DNA of 64,000 nt from an uncultured delta proteobacterium (GTDB lineage Bacteria; Desulfobacterota; Desulfomonilia; Desulfomonilales; Desulfomonilaceae): NCBI GenBank assembly GCA_963789265.1, contig CAWBKB010000007.1, positions 460,398 through 524,397 on the forward strand. The letters are read 5' to 3'. Below the pieces are notes generated by a model. The model made no database searches and was not told the DNA's origin. It saw nothing but the letters and a program-made list of their open reading frames with translations. Below are positions 18,189-28,819 of the stretch, piece after piece; the stretch's first letter is position 1; each line of letters starts with the position of its first letter. The position numbers and the translations under genes were made by a program.

Positions 18189-19859
18189 CTATGAAAGGTG
18201 CTTAGGCACGTAAGTGAAACCGTCCAACACAGTCAACTTCCCTGCGGTATTGATCGTATGGGTGCCAAGTATCCCCTTTCTCCACGTCGGGTCAATTCGG
18301 GCCACGCTTTCCTCTTTGAAATCTTCGGGCGTTAAGCGCATGATACGGTTCATTACTATTGCTCCGCCCATTCTGACCGAACAATCCTGTGACGGCCGGT
18401 AAAGATTGCCATCCCTGACGAACAGTCGGCCGGCAGGCCTGGCGCATCTGACGTCCGATTTCACAGGATTGAGCTTGTGTGGAGTCCACGGACCAAAAGG
18501 CGTCTTCGCGTAGAAGAGATGCAGTTCATCATTAGATGAAAAGTCTCGGCCTCCGATGTTGCAAAAGAGCCACCATATTCCGTCCACCTCGTGCAAAGTG
18601 GCATCCACTGCCTGCACATCATCCATTATGACTCTGTCGAATTCCCACGTCAGAGGGAATTCCGTACAACGATAGAGTTCGATTGTCCCGTTGCGCTTGG
18701 TTTCCGGCATCATGTACAGTTGCCCATCCCAATGGAACAGAAAGGGATAGGAGAGATGGTAATCTCTCTCAAGCACTTTCACGGGATGCTTCCATCTTTC
18801 GTCAGCGTCCATTTCGATGACCGAAATATGCGCTTTCATGATGCTGTACAGGAATTCTTCGATAAAGATGTAGTACTTGCCTTCCAATTCCATAGGGAAG
18901 GGATCAGCCCAAAATTTGCCCGCGAGCGGTTCCATGTAATTGAGATTTTCAACTATCGAGTCAGGGCCTCCCGCCTCTCCCAAATTGAAAGCCAAGAACC
19001 ACCGTTCCAGGCGCCTGGAATCCAGCAGTCTCCTTTCCAGCCTCCTCTTGCCTATCTTGAAGAGGAAAGCCAGCATCTCCCTACTGGTAGGGTCTGAATG
19101 GCAAGGGCCGGCGGAGGTCAGGTCTCCGGGGATTGCACCCTCCCCGTCCAAAGACGACGCGCCCCACTCGAATAGATCGCGAAGTTGGCGTACTACCGCA
19201 ACCGCAGATTTCCAATATAATTTGCTTCGGGTACCTTTTACTGAATACAGGTCCGTGGACGTGTACGACCTGTAGGGGACTCTTTCGGGGTTTCCGTCTC
19301 CGGTCGTAACACGCAATGTGAACTCGGCAGTCGTTTCTCCCCTCATGACTTCCCAGAATCCCGGTGGACCCCCCCGACTCGCACCGTTGAAAGTGATGCC
19401 CGGAAACCAGATACCGTATCTCGCCATTCCCGGCGGTGCCCCGCCAACCGGCCGTTTCCCAAGATCGAGAGCCACATCAATGTTATATGAAGATATTCTC
19501 GAGATGTCCTCGTCAGCCAGATGTTCTTCTTGGCCGTCGCGGGATGGTCGGACTTCGAGAATAGGCCAACCATGGCCTGTAGGATCTATATTGACCTGTT
19601 CAAAAGGATCAGGATAAGGAGACATGGCGAGGTCATCGAATTTCGAGCACCAGGACCAGAACAGCTTGCCGTCTCTAGAAAAGATCTTCCGTAAGGGGCG
19701 CCCCGAATTAGACTCGGGTGCATCCTTTCTTACGATCAACACTATGTCCGCGAAATCCGAACCACAGATGTCTTCAACAATTCTTTTCACCCATTGCGGC
19801 TGATGATATGAATCCAACAGGAGAGCAATGCGCAATTTCTTCTTATCGTCTTGGACCAT
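18189..19859 (-). CDS. Formyltransferase-like N-domain + glycoside-hydrolase-type beta-propeller (GINT1-N-like)
   Basis: RGGPPGFWEV; FWADPF, HLSYPFLF, YMMPET, VDAT, ARPAG, RPSQDCS, GTHTIN. Confidence 0.7.
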   Translation of the reverse strand: MVQDDKKKLRIALLLDSYHQPQWVKRIVEDICGSDFADIVLIVRKDAPESNSGRPLRKIFSRDGKLFWSWCSKFDDLAMSPYPDPFEQVNIDPTGHGWPILEVRPSRDGQEEHLADEDISRISSYNIDVALDLGKRPVGGAPPGMARYGIWFPGITFNGASRGGPPGFWEVMRGETTAEFTLRVTTGDGNPERVPYRSYTSTDLYSVKGTRSKLYWKSAVAVVRQLRDLFEWGASSLDGEGAIPGDLTSAGPCHSDPTSREMLAFLFKIGKRRLERRLLDSRRLERWFLAFNLGEAGGPDSIVENLNYMEPLAGKFWADPFPMELEGKYYIFIEEFLYSIMKAHISVIEMDADERWKHPVKVLERDYHLSYPFLFHWDGQLYMMPETKRNGTIELYRCTEFPLTWEFDRVIMDDVQAVDATLHEVDGIWWLFCNIGGRDFSSNDELHLFYAKTPFGPWTPHKLNPVKSDVRCARPAGRLFVRDGNLYRPSQDCSVRMGGAIVMNRIMRLTPEDFKEESVARIDPTWRKGILGTHTINTAGKLTVLDGFTYVPKHLS

Positions 19860-20055
19860 TCACCACTTCTCCCCTCCGGATTCTTCGCGTAGCATAGTCG
19901 ACTGAACGTCATTTATTGGCAATTCCCAGGTACGGCGCGCATGGGGCACGGTTCCGCATCAGCCTAAATCGTAATTCCCGGCCTTAATTTGCGCCAAATC
20001 ACTTCGTCGTCGGGCGCGATAACCTGCGAAAATATCATCGATGCCAAAGGCCAAA

Positions 20056-20310
20056 CTATTTCGGTTCGATTTTCTCCTTCGCGACTTCTTCGCTCTGGCT
20101 CTTCTGCTGAGAAGGTGCCTGAGTCGGGGGTGGCGCAGGCGTTTGGGTCGGAATGGTGGGGGTGGTCTCTTCCCCCTCCATAGCTTTCTTGAAGCTCTTG
20201 ATGCCTTTCCCAAGGCCGTCCATAATCTCGGGAATCTTCTTACTCCCGAAGAGCATGACGACTATGAGAAGTATGAGGATAAGTTCAGTTGGACCTGGTA
20301 ACATTGGCAT
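20056..20310 (-). CDS. tatA: Twin-arginine translocase TatA/E
   Basis: [35 protein letters not shown]. Confidence 0.92.
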   Translation of the reverse strand: MPMLPGPTELILILLIVVMLFGSKKIPEIMDGLGKGIKSFKKAMEGEETTPTIPTQTPAPPPTQAPSQQKSQSEEVAKEKIEPK

Positions 20311-20772
20311 TCTCCTGTTCGAGGGAAACAGTTTACTGTTGAACGAGTTGGTCTTGAGCTGGCTGTCAACATGTAATGGCGGGAAAATCCGAGGTTCCCT
20401 CGGCTGAAAGTAACAACTAGTGCAAGCGATGTCAACCGACTCCCTTGCCCGACGCTCTCATTTGATTGGTACAAAGGTCGTTCCGAAACAGCCATTGGGA
20501 AAGCCCCGGCAACTGTCTTTTCTATTATGCGGAGACAGGCTGCACGTCAGACGACCCATCGAAGCAAAAAAGACATGACAAACCGCTAACCCGAAGTTTA
20601 CGATGCTCTATCATGCACAGAAGAGTCGTTCGGCGGATGAACCACGACATCCGGTAAAAAGGTCTGACACAAGTCCTCGGCTTTCGTCGGTCCTCGATCA
20701 CAAGGAGAAGACTTAGTGGAAAGCAGCCCTCTTACAGCCTGCGGTGAGAACGGTGATAAATTCGAACCAACC

Positions 20773-21771
20773 ATGAGCTTATCACAGCGAGAACATTTCA
20801 GGGCCAATTTCAGAGTTATGTTGGTTGCTTTCCTCGTGGGCGCAGGACTCATGGGGTTGAAATTTTATGGGTTCTGGATAACCGGCTCCTCGGCCATTCT
20901 ATCGGACGCTCTGGAACAGATAATCAATGTTGTTGCCAGCGGTTTCGGGCTGGTAAGCATTTGGATTTCCGCGATGCCCACGGATGAAAGCCACCCGTAC
21001 GGGCATGGAAAGATCGAATACTTTTCAGCAGGCTTCGAAGGAGCCCTGATACTCCTTGCCGCGGGAGGAATTTTTGTTGAAGGCCTAAAGCAGATCTTGA
21101 ACCCCCAGGAGCTTCCAAACCTGGAAAAGGGGCTCTTTTTCCTTCTGACCACAGGTCTTGGCAATCTGGCGCTTGGGTTGACATTGCTACGAGTTGGCCG
21201 CCGTACGAGATCGCTCGTGCTGGAAGCGGACGGGAAGCATTTGCTGACTGATGTATATACTTCCGGTGCGGTCCTCATTGGCGTGGGTGTGGTTTATTTC
21301 AGCGGTTGGTTCCGATTCGACGGAATAATTGCCTGTATAGCCGCAGCCAACATCATCTTTTGGGGAAGTGGCCTGGTGAGACAGGCATTCGGTGGACTTA
21401 TGCACGCGTCGGATCCTGAACTGCTGGATGAAATTTGTGAACTTCTCACCCGCCACAAAAATGATTTGTGGATAGATGTTCACCGGCTGAGAGCCTGGAA
21501 GTCCGGAAGCCTGGTCCATGTTGACTTCCATCTGATCCTGCCGAGAGATCTTCCGCTGGAAGAAGGCCACAGGGAGGTTAAGGGACTGGAGGTAATTTTC
21601 AACGAGCACTTCGGGGGCGCGTCCGATCTCCTCATTCATTTGGACCCTTGTCTCGAACCGGAATGTCCCGTGTGCGGCCACACCCCTTGCGACCTTCGCC
21701 AGGGGCAGAGGACTCACAAGAAGATTTGGAGCAGACAAGCGCTTACGAGTGAGATAGGTAATAATCGGTGA
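20773..21771 (+). CDS. Cation diffusion facilitator family transporter
   Basis: SSAILSDALE, HPYGHGKIEY, HLLTDVYTS; C-terminal HLDPC..CPVC..C. Confidence 0.92.
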   Translation: MSLSQREHFRANFRVMLVAFLVGAGLMGLKFYGFWITGSSAILSDALEQIINVVASGFGLVSIWISAMPTDESHPYGHGKIEYFSAGFEGALILLAAGGIFVEGLKQILNPQELPNLEKGLFFLLTTGLGNLALGLTLLRVGRRTRSLVLEADGKHLLTDVYTSGAVLIGVGVVYFSGWFRFDGIIACIAAANIIFWGSGLVRQAFGGLMHASDPELLDEICELLTRHKNDLWIDVHRLRAWKSGSLVHVDFHLILPRDLPLEEGHREVKGLEVIFNEHFGGASDLLIHLDPCLEPECPVCGHTPCDLRQGQRTHKKIWSRQALTSEIGNNR

Positions 21772-21826
21772 ACGGCGGCCGCGCTGAGAAGCAAGAGAGG
21801 ACTGGTCCCTGCTCATCCCATGTTAG

Positions 21827-22393
21827 TTACCAACACGTCACAAGATAAGTACAAGATTCAGCCCCTTGTCTCCTACACGGGCTCTCATCGTCGTGCCTGA
21901 CGAGAACCTCTTTGTAATCGCGGCTTCCGAATCGTTGTGCGAGTCCTTGCAAATAACCGGCGGTTAGAGCACAGGGATAAGGAGTCGAATCGCTCACGCG
22001 AAACCGCTTCAGTCCTGCTTCAGTTATTTCTTCCTTGACGTCGTTGCCGCCTATGTCTCCGCCTCGATGAAATCTATTCAGCGTTGGATTCAGAGCAAAC
22101 AGACACGCGCGCAGCGAATTTATTTCAGGAGGTATAGGAGCGTGCACAGCCGCTTGCTCACCCACTTCTCGCATCAAGTAATGGCCAAATCGGTCTTCAA
22201 TTTCTTTCAATGCATCCAAAACCGGTTGGACGGGATACCAGTTGTCAGCGACGAGTTCTTTTATACCGTGGTTGGCGAGGACTTCGTGGACGATTGCCCG
22301 GTAGCCTTCGGGAAAAGCATCCCAAAGAGAAAAAACCATTGCGCCTAGTAATTCGGCGTTAGGAGAAGTGACCTTGTTCCTGTACTCTGCCAT
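21827..22393 (-). CDS. Hypothetical protein, V4R-like C-terminal domain
   Basis: WYP, PYPC..GYLQG, CRRQGAESCTYLVTCW; AAGGAGG RBS. Confidence 0.7.
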   Translation of the reverse strand: MAEYRNKVTSPNAELLGAMVFSLWDAFPEGYRAIVHEVLANHGIKELVADNWYPVQPVLDALKEIEDRFGHYLMREVGEQAAVHAPIPPEINSLRACLFALNPTLNRFHRGGDIGGNDVKEEITEAGLKRFRVSDSTPYPCALTAGYLQGLAQRFGSRDYKEVLVRHDDESPCRRQGAESCTYLVTCW

Positions 22394-22860
22394 GTGGCCT
22401 CCTTATCGTATCTGCTACCAACCGTCCGAAAGATGAAATTCGCGTAAAATGGAGGAATTGGTTTCATGACCTCGCAAAACTCCTCCACATATTGCCGAAT
22501 TCGATCCCGTTGCCGGGCCCTTTGGCCGGTGGTCAGTGGTTCGTGGCTCCCTCCACTGTCAGGAGCCGCGGTGTTAGTTCTATAGCCCTTAAAGAGGGCA
22601 TAACAAAACTCATATTTGCAACAATGGGAGAGAATGCTAGAAGTCCATATTAACCTCTGACGATTCCCTTGTCAAAGAGATTTTTCACTGCTGCTCTTGG
22701 TTTCAGCCCAAGTTGACTCGAGCTGAAACTTCGATTACACCCGCTTTCCGGTTTGCTCTTTTTATGGGGAATCGGCACTGTCCAATCCGGCAAGAGGCGG
22801 AATCCCTTAGTACAGCGTTTCATAAATACAGTGCCAACTGCACGGTAGCGCTGGCGTCCC

Positions 22861-23070
22861 GAAACTGTCTCAGAAACTTTTGAACGGGACAAAATCGTAA
22901 CACGAAATCCCCTCACCTGACCCTTTTCCAAAGGGCGCTGGGACCCCACCAGGCGCTTTGGTACGGCTCCCTCTCACTCTGGGAGAGGGTGGGGGTGAGG
23001 GCAACAACCATACGAATAAGACCCAATCGTGCCACGATGCTAGGCATCAACATAGTTTTGAGACACTTTC
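22861..23070 (-). mobile_element. MITE copy 1 (diverged, inverted orientation)
   Basis: TIRs gaaactgtctcagaa / ttttgagacactttc; 4-bp TSD TCCC on both sides. Confidence 0.8.
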
Positions 23071-23469
23071 TCCCTGCCGGCGTTTTGCGAACAACCCCGC
23101 GTCCCCCGGGGAGGCCGGTCTGACTAACAACCGGCAAGATGCCGGTCCTACTGTCTCGGGAAACGCGGGAACGCGTACGCCGGAATGACGACTATGGTAT
23201 CAGAATACGAGGCCGTATTTGCGAAGAGGAGTACTTAGTGCCACAGATTCCCTAGACAAGGTCGAACCGCCGTTTGCAGGAAGTGCAATTCTCTTAACGA
23301 CAGACCGGTCCTTGTAGCCGACCGGCATTTATGCCAATCCAAAATCAATGACGTCCTGCCGCAAGTATGCTATTCATAGACTTTGCAGACATTTCCCGGA
23401 CCGCATGAACATACACCCTCGTCTCATCGATTCGCCATTGGTAAGCATTCTTGTGGAAGGAAAGAACCT

Positions 23470-24471
23470 ATGGATCAAAAAACCTTTAGAGCAATGGTAG
23501 TTAAGGAATTTTCGGACAACAAGTTCGTGAGGGAAATCTCCCACAAATCCGTGGACGAACTGCCCAAGGGCGATGTTTTGATCAGGGTCAAGTACTCTTC
23601 ACTGAACTATAAGGACGCACTTTCAGCCATCGGAAATAGAGGCGTCACTAAGAATTACCCTCATACACCAGGTGTGGATGCCGCGGGAGTCGTGGAGGAA
23701 AGCACGGTCGCCGAATTTCAACCTGGTGACGAGGTCATCGTCACGGGCTACGATTTGGGAATGAATACTTCAGGCGGGTACGGCGAATACATACGCGTGC
23801 CGGCGACCTGGCTGGTAAGGCGTCCGGAAAATTTGTCCTTGCGCGAAAGCATGGCATACGGCACGGCTGGTTTCACCGGTTCTTTGTCTGTTTTCAAGCT
23901 CATGGGAAACGGCGTGACCCCGGATCAGGGAGAGGTGCTGGTCAGTGGCGCTCCCGGCGGTGTAGGGAGCATTGCTCTCTCTATTCTGGCCAAATCGGGC
24001 TATCAGGTTGTTGCAGTGAATGGGCTTGTGGATGAAAAAGAGTACCTTACGAGCCTCGGGGCAAAAGAAGTGATCAGCATCGACGAAGCCACGGACAAAA
24101 GCGGAAAACCCCTACTCAAAGCAAGGTGGGCCGGTGCGATCGACACTCTTGGCGGAGATATCCTTGCAACGGCAATCAAGTCCGTCAAATACGGCGGAAC
24201 CGTAACGTGTTGTGGCAATGCGGCCTCTCCTGACTTGCCGCTCAATGTGTATCCGTTCATTCTGCGCGGCATCAGCCTTCTGGGAATTGATTCGGTAAAT
24301 TGCCCTCCGGATGTCCGGACAGAAATCTGGCAGAAGCTTTCCAACGAATGGAAACTGGAACACCTCGATCGTATCTCCACTGAGATTTCTTTGGACGAGT
24401 TAGACAGGGAAATAGACCTCATTCTAAAAGGAAAACACAAAGGAAGAGCTATCGTAAACTTGACCAAGTGA
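23470..24471 (+). CDS. YhdH/YhfP (AcuI-like) MDR-family oxidoreductase
   Basis: YSSLNYKDAL, YPHTPGVDAAG, GTAGFT, PFILRGISLLGIDSV. Confidence 0.92.
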   Translation: MDQKTFRAMVVKEFSDNKFVREISHKSVDELPKGDVLIRVKYSSLNYKDALSAIGNRGVTKNYPHTPGVDAAGVVEESTVAEFQPGDEVIVTGYDLGMNTSGGYGEYIRVPATWLVRRPENLSLRESMAYGTAGFTGSLSVFKLMGNGVTPDQGEVLVSGAPGGVGSIALSILAKSGYQVVAVNGLVDEKEYLTSLGAKEVISIDEATDKSGKPLLKARWAGAIDTLGGDILATAIKSVKYGGTVTCCGNAASPDLPLNVYPFILRGISLLGIDSVNCPPDVRTEIWQKLSNEWKLEHLDRISTEISLDELDREIDLILKGKHKGRAIVNLTK

Positions 24472-24971
24472 GCAGGCCCCGCATGGGTACATGGAAATCG
24501 CCGCCCAAGGCAAAGATATACGAGGCTCTGAGCGCCGTTGCTGACGGCAGGATAACAATGACGGGCGCCGGAAAAGCTGAAGTTATATCGTCAGACGGGA
24601 CCAAGAAGTATACGGTCGAATGGTCTTATGATTTGAGCAAATTCACTTCTAACGATAACGCTTCGTACTGGCAGGGATACATGGGCTATCCGATTATTGC
24701 CGTTTTAATGGTCCTGGGTAGATTGGACTACGAGACCGAGACGGCCAAACTGTTAGCGGGAGTGCCCTGGAAGCAGCTTAATCTGCGATATCGCGGCGAT
24801 TATGCCAAGGCAATCAACTCGGTCCTCAATACTTTGGACCAGAGAGGCTCGTCACCGCAAGTCGTAATCGATGAGGTTGAGCGGATAATGGCAAAAATCG
24901 AAAACATGGAGTTTGAAAAACTCCCCCGCCGAAAGCGACCGCCCAAGGCCGGTGCTACACCGAAACACTAA
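24468..24971 (+). CDS. Hypothetical protein
   Basis: Translationally coupled to the upstream gene (GTGA); protein-like motifs KIYEAL, SNDNASYWQGYMGYP. Confidence 0.7.
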   Translation: MSRPRMGTWKSPPKAKIYEALSAVADGRITMTGAGKAEVISSDGTKKYTVEWSYDLSKFTSNDNASYWQGYMGYPIIAVLMVLGRLDYETETAKLLAGVPWKQLNLRYRGDYAKAINSVLNTLDQRGSSPQVVIDEVERIMAKIENMEFEKLPRRKRPPKAGATPKH

Positions 24972-25111
24972 CCCAGGCGCAGGCGGACTGATGAAAGCTT
25001 TCTCTCCAGGCAATCCCGCGTTCCGTGCGGGACTGGGCTACTATCTTTCGTCCCTCCAGGACGCTTGCGTTTGAGCCCCATCGGGGCGATAGAAAGTAGA
25101 CCGGTGCTTCA

Positions 25112-25320
25112 GAAACTGTCTCAAAACTATTTTGATGACCAGAATCGTGCCACAATTCAGGCTCATTCGTATAGTCGTCGCCCTCACCCCAACCCTCTCC
25201 CAGAGGGAGAGGGAGCAGATCCAGGGCAGTTTTGCACTTCCCTCGCCCTCTGGGAGAGGGACACAGGGTGAGGGATTCGTGCTACGATTCCGACCGCTTC
25301 ATTGTTTTTGAGACAGTTTC
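25112..25320 (+). mobile_element. MITE copy 2 (209 bp)
   Basis: Perfect 15-bp TIR GAAACTGTCTCAAAA; TSD TTCA; near-identical to 32804..33012. Confidence 0.9.
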
Positions 25321-25405
25321 TTCAGCGCCGGACCGCCATCGTGGCACGATTCTGACCGGCAACACAGTCTGTGGCCTAAAAAACTGAACTTAGAGGCAAC
25401 ATTAC

Positions 25406-26830
25406 ATGACTCGCCCCAGAGATCGAATCCTCATCGTAGATGACGAAAAAGATATCTGCGACATTCTCTTTCGGCTGCTTCAAAAAGAAGGATACACGCC
25501 TCTGGTGGCTCATGACGGTGAAGCTGCCCTGGAAATGATTCGTCTGGGCATGCCTAAAGCTGTGGTGTCAGACGTCATGATGCCCGGCATAGGCGGAATG
25601 CAGCTACTGAGAGAAACCAAGCAGTTTGACCCGACTCTGCCGGTTCTCATGATCACGGGCTACGGAGGAATAGAGGGTGCTGTCGAAGCAATCAAGCAAG
25701 GAGCGTACGACTATCTTGCAAAGCCGCTCAACAGCCAGGAACTTCTCGACAAGTTAAAGCAAGCTCTTGAGGGCCGCCGTCCTCCCTCGAAAGAAACTGA
25801 CGTTCAGGACACAAGTCACGGTGCGGCGATTTCCAGGCTTCGAGAAATGATGGGTCCGAGTGAAGCTGTCATACGGATCTGCTCGGATGTTGCACTTGTG
25901 GCCCCCTCCAACTTCAGCGTAGTAATCTATGGAGAAACGGGGACGGGAAAAGAGCTGGTGGCAAGAGCAATCCACGAAGCAAGCTTGAGATCGGAAGCCC
26001 ATGTAACGCCTGTTGACTGCGGGGCAATTCCCGAAACCCTCTTCGAAAGCGAGCTGTTCGGGTACGAAAAAGGCGCGTTCACGGGTGCGGGATCCGGAAG
26101 CCCCGGGAAGTTCGAACTGGCTGATCATGGAACCTTGTTTCTGGATGAGATCGGGAATATGCCGCTGTCCTCCCAGATCAAGCTCCTCCGTGCAATCCAG
26201 GAACGCAGCTTCTTTCGAGTTGGCGGAAGGAAGCCGGTAACAGTCGATCTCCGTCTGCTTGTGGCAACTAATCAGGATTTGAATACAGCAGTCGCCACAG
26301 GCTCGTTCAGTAGAGATCTGTTCTACCGGTTGAGCGAGTTTACCATTGATATTCCGCCGATCCGAGAGCGTAAGGACGATATCGTTCATCTCGCCGACCG
26401 TTTCCTGAAAGCAACGAATGTGGAATTGGCAAAGAACGTAAGGGAATTTTCTCAGTCAGCTACTGACGTGCTGCTCAACTACCACTGGCCGGGAAATGTC
26501 AGGCAGATAATGACAGTAGTTCGTCGAGCTGTGCTCCAGGCGGACGAGGTCATAACGCCTGACCATTTAGTGTTGGGAGAGGCCCCTGCTGGGCCTACCA
26601 AAGTCGAATCGCCTGTCAGAGAATTCAAGTGGGAGGGGCTTCCGCTCAAAGAAGCGGTGCGGCAGAGCACCAGTGAAGTTGAAAAGGCTTGTCTTATGCA
26701 GGCCCTCAGGAAGAGCGGCGGCAACAAGGCAAAGGCGGCACGCTTGCTCCAAATTGACCGCAAGACGCTTCACACGAAGTTACATCAGTATGGGCTGAAC
26801 ACCCATGAAGACGATCAGGATGACTCGTAG
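25406..26830 (+). CDS. Sigma-54-dependent response regulator (REC-AAA+-Fis)
   Basis: ILIVDDE, GETGTGKE, ESELFGYEKGAFTGA, WPGNVR, HTH. Confidence 0.95.
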   Translation: MTRPRDRILIVDDEKDICDILFRLLQKEGYTPLVAHDGEAALEMIRLGMPKAVVSDVMMPGIGGMQLLRETKQFDPTLPVLMITGYGGIEGAVEAIKQGAYDYLAKPLNSQELLDKLKQALEGRRPPSKETDVQDTSHGAAISRLREMMGPSEAVIRICSDVALVAPSNFSVVIYGETGTGKELVARAIHEASLRSEAHVTPVDCGAIPETLFESELFGYEKGAFTGAGSGSPGKFELADHGTLFLDEIGNMPLSSQIKLLRAIQERSFFRVGGRKPVTVDLRLLVATNQDLNTAVATGSFSRDLFYRLSEFTIDIPPIRERKDDIVHLADRFLKATNVELAKNVREFSQSATDVLLNYHWPGNVRQIMTVVRRAVLQADEVITPDHLVLGEAPAGPTKVESPVREFKWEGLPLKEAVRQSTSEVEKACLMQALRKSGGNKAKAARLLQIDRKTLHTKLHQYGLNTHEDDQDDS

Positions 26831-27015
26831 AGTAACTATTCAGTTATGCGAGGGACCTTCCGCACCTTGTCATTGCGAGGAGTGCATGGTGGGACAGGCT
26901 TCCAGCCTGTCTATTAGGGATGACGGGCAGCCCCGCGTTCCACGCGGGACTACCCCACCATATCCTGTCTAGCATTGTCACTTCTTTGACAGCGCATTGG
27001 CATCTCGTAATACAG

Positions 27016-27627
27016 CTAATACATCTTGACCACCACGTTGGTTATGATGTTTGCTGCGTCGTCTACCCTATCTGCACTCCTATTGAAGTGCCTGTAAATT
27101 TCCCGAAGGCTTAACATCAGGCCGGGATCGCGGCCCGAAAACAGTTGCTTGAGCGCGGTGAGGTACCTGTCATTCATCTCATTCTCCACGCGCTTCGCCT
27201 TCACTGCGTACTCCACCGCTACATTCGGGTGCTTCTTGAGATGCCGCATGGCGCCTACAAGCTGCTCCGCGCCTTTTTGCAATAGTTCCGCCATTTGGCA
27301 CAGATGCTCGTTGCTTTCCACCTCAAATATTTCCATCTCCTTCACGGTGTTCAGAGCGTGGTCGATGACGTCGTCGATGGCGCGAGAGAGTGCGAAGATG
27401 TCTTCTCGATCTATGGGAGTAATGAACGTCTGATTCAATTCGTCGACCAGGATCCGACGAATGTCGTCCGCTTCCTGTTCCAAGCGCCTGATATCTCCCG
27501 GATCGCCGTCCCCCTCAAGGAACTTCAAAAGCGCCTGACACCCCGCACTGGTTTTTTCAGCTTGATCCAGCAACAAGCCAAAAAAATCCGCCTCTCTTTT
27601 CGAACGGAAATGTTTCCAGAAAGTCAT
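27016..27627 (-). CDS. DUF47 phosphate transport regulator
   Basis: LEQEAD..ELNQTFITPIDREDI..IDDVID; downstream of PiT gene. Confidence 0.9.
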   Translation of the reverse strand: MTFWKHFRSKREADFFGLLLDQAEKTSAGCQALLKFLEGDGDPGDIRRLEQEADDIRRILVDELNQTFITPIDREDIFALSRAIDDVIDHALNTVKEMEIFEVESNEHLCQMAELLQKGAEQLVGAMRHLKKHPNVAVEYAVKAKRVENEMNDRYLTALKQLFSGRDPGLMLSLREIYRHFNRSADRVDDAANIITNVVVKMY

Positions 27628-27643
27628 GAGACTCCCCCTTCCG

Positions 27644-28675
27644 TCACTCGACTATTATATGCGTCAAGAGCCGGAAGATCCCGGCTCCAAGGCCCGCGGC
27701 CACTGGTGCGGTCAGGAGCCAGGCCCACGCGATGTGGGCGGCGGCAGCCCATCGTACCCCGCTAACGCGGCGGGACGCACCCACCCCCATGACTGATGAT
27801 GCCACCACCTGGGCAGCGCTGACAGGAGCACCGAGTACCGAGGCCGCCAACACGAGGGAAGCCCCCGTAAACTGAGAAGCGAATGAATGAACTGGCTCCA
27901 GACGACAAATGCCGTACCCCACGCTTTTTACGATACGCCAACCGCCGGTGGCCAATCCAAGAGCAAGGGCCCCTGCGCAGCTAATCACCACCCACTGCGG
28001 CAGATATGGGGCTTCGTGCATCCGGCCGCTGCCGGCGGCGAGGATTAGGGCGATGACCCCCATAGACTTTTGCGCTTCATTGGAACTGCAACTAGCGGCC
28101 AAAATGATCATGATGGGCTTCTGCATGGTGGCGAAAGATCGCCCTACCCGCCGGTTCGCCCGGTGAAACAAAGTTCGGATCACTGCAAAAACGAAAGAAC
28201 CCAGCGCAAACCCGAGGATGGGCGAAACCAACAGAGGTAGCACAACGTCTTTAGCCACCGTTTCGCCTGAGACACCTTCGGTCCCCATCGCGGCAAGCCC
28301 GGCTCCGACGAGACCGCCTAGCAGAGCGTGAGAGCCGCTGGAGGGTAACCCTAACAACCATGTCGGGAGCTTCCAGGCTAATGCGCCCCCTACGCCGGAG
28401 ATGATCGTAAGATAGATGGTTGCGGTGCTGAGATGTTCAAGCGAGTCGGGCTTCAGTATGCTCGTGGCAATAGTGCGTGCAACTGCGGTCCCGAGCACCA
28501 GTGGACCGATAAACATAGCTATCATAGCCCAGACAAGGGCTGTAAAGGGTCGCATGGACCTTGAGCAGATGACGGTGGCAATAACATTGCCTCCATCATG
28601 AAGGCCGTTGACAAAGGCAAAACAGAGGGTGATCCCGATGGAGGCGTAAAGCAGTTCGTTCAACGGCCGGGCCAA
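27644..28675 (-). CDS. Inorganic phosphate transporter (PiT family); start uncertain
   Basis: NGLHDGGN, GLPSSGSHAL, NEAQKSMG, GGWRIVKSVG, GVRW. Confidence 0.9.
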   Translation of the reverse strand: MARPLNELLYASIGITLCFAFVNGLHDGGNVIATVICSRSMRPFTALVWAMIAMFIGPLVLGTAVARTIATSILKPDSLEHLSTATIYLTIISGVGGALAWKLPTWLLGLPSSGSHALLGGLVGAGLAAMGTEGVSGETVAKDVVLPLLVSPILGFALGSFVFAVIRTLFHRANRRVGRSFATMQKPIMIILAASCSSNEAQKSMGVIALILAAGSGRMHEAPYLPQWVVISCAGALALGLATGGWRIVKSVGYGICRLEPVHSFASQFTGASLVLAASVLGAPVSAAQVVASSVMGVGASRRVSGVRWAAAAHIAWAWLLTAPVAAGLGAGIFRLLTHIIVE

Positions 28676-28819
28676 CAGATCGAAGCGTTCGATCGGGAGA
28701 AAGTGCGAGTGTTCCGCCTGAGAGTATTGCCGGGAGAAAGACGTTTCCTGCTGGAATCATATTCCGGTCATTCTCTCTCGGCAACACAATTTTTTCAAGG
28801 ATACCGGCTGTCGGTCGGA

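Noticed and set aside
22740..22758. Minus-strand GCAAACCGGAAAGCGG resembling a c-di-GMP-I riboswitch P2
   Set aside because: Lacks the following GACGCAAAG and P3 elements.
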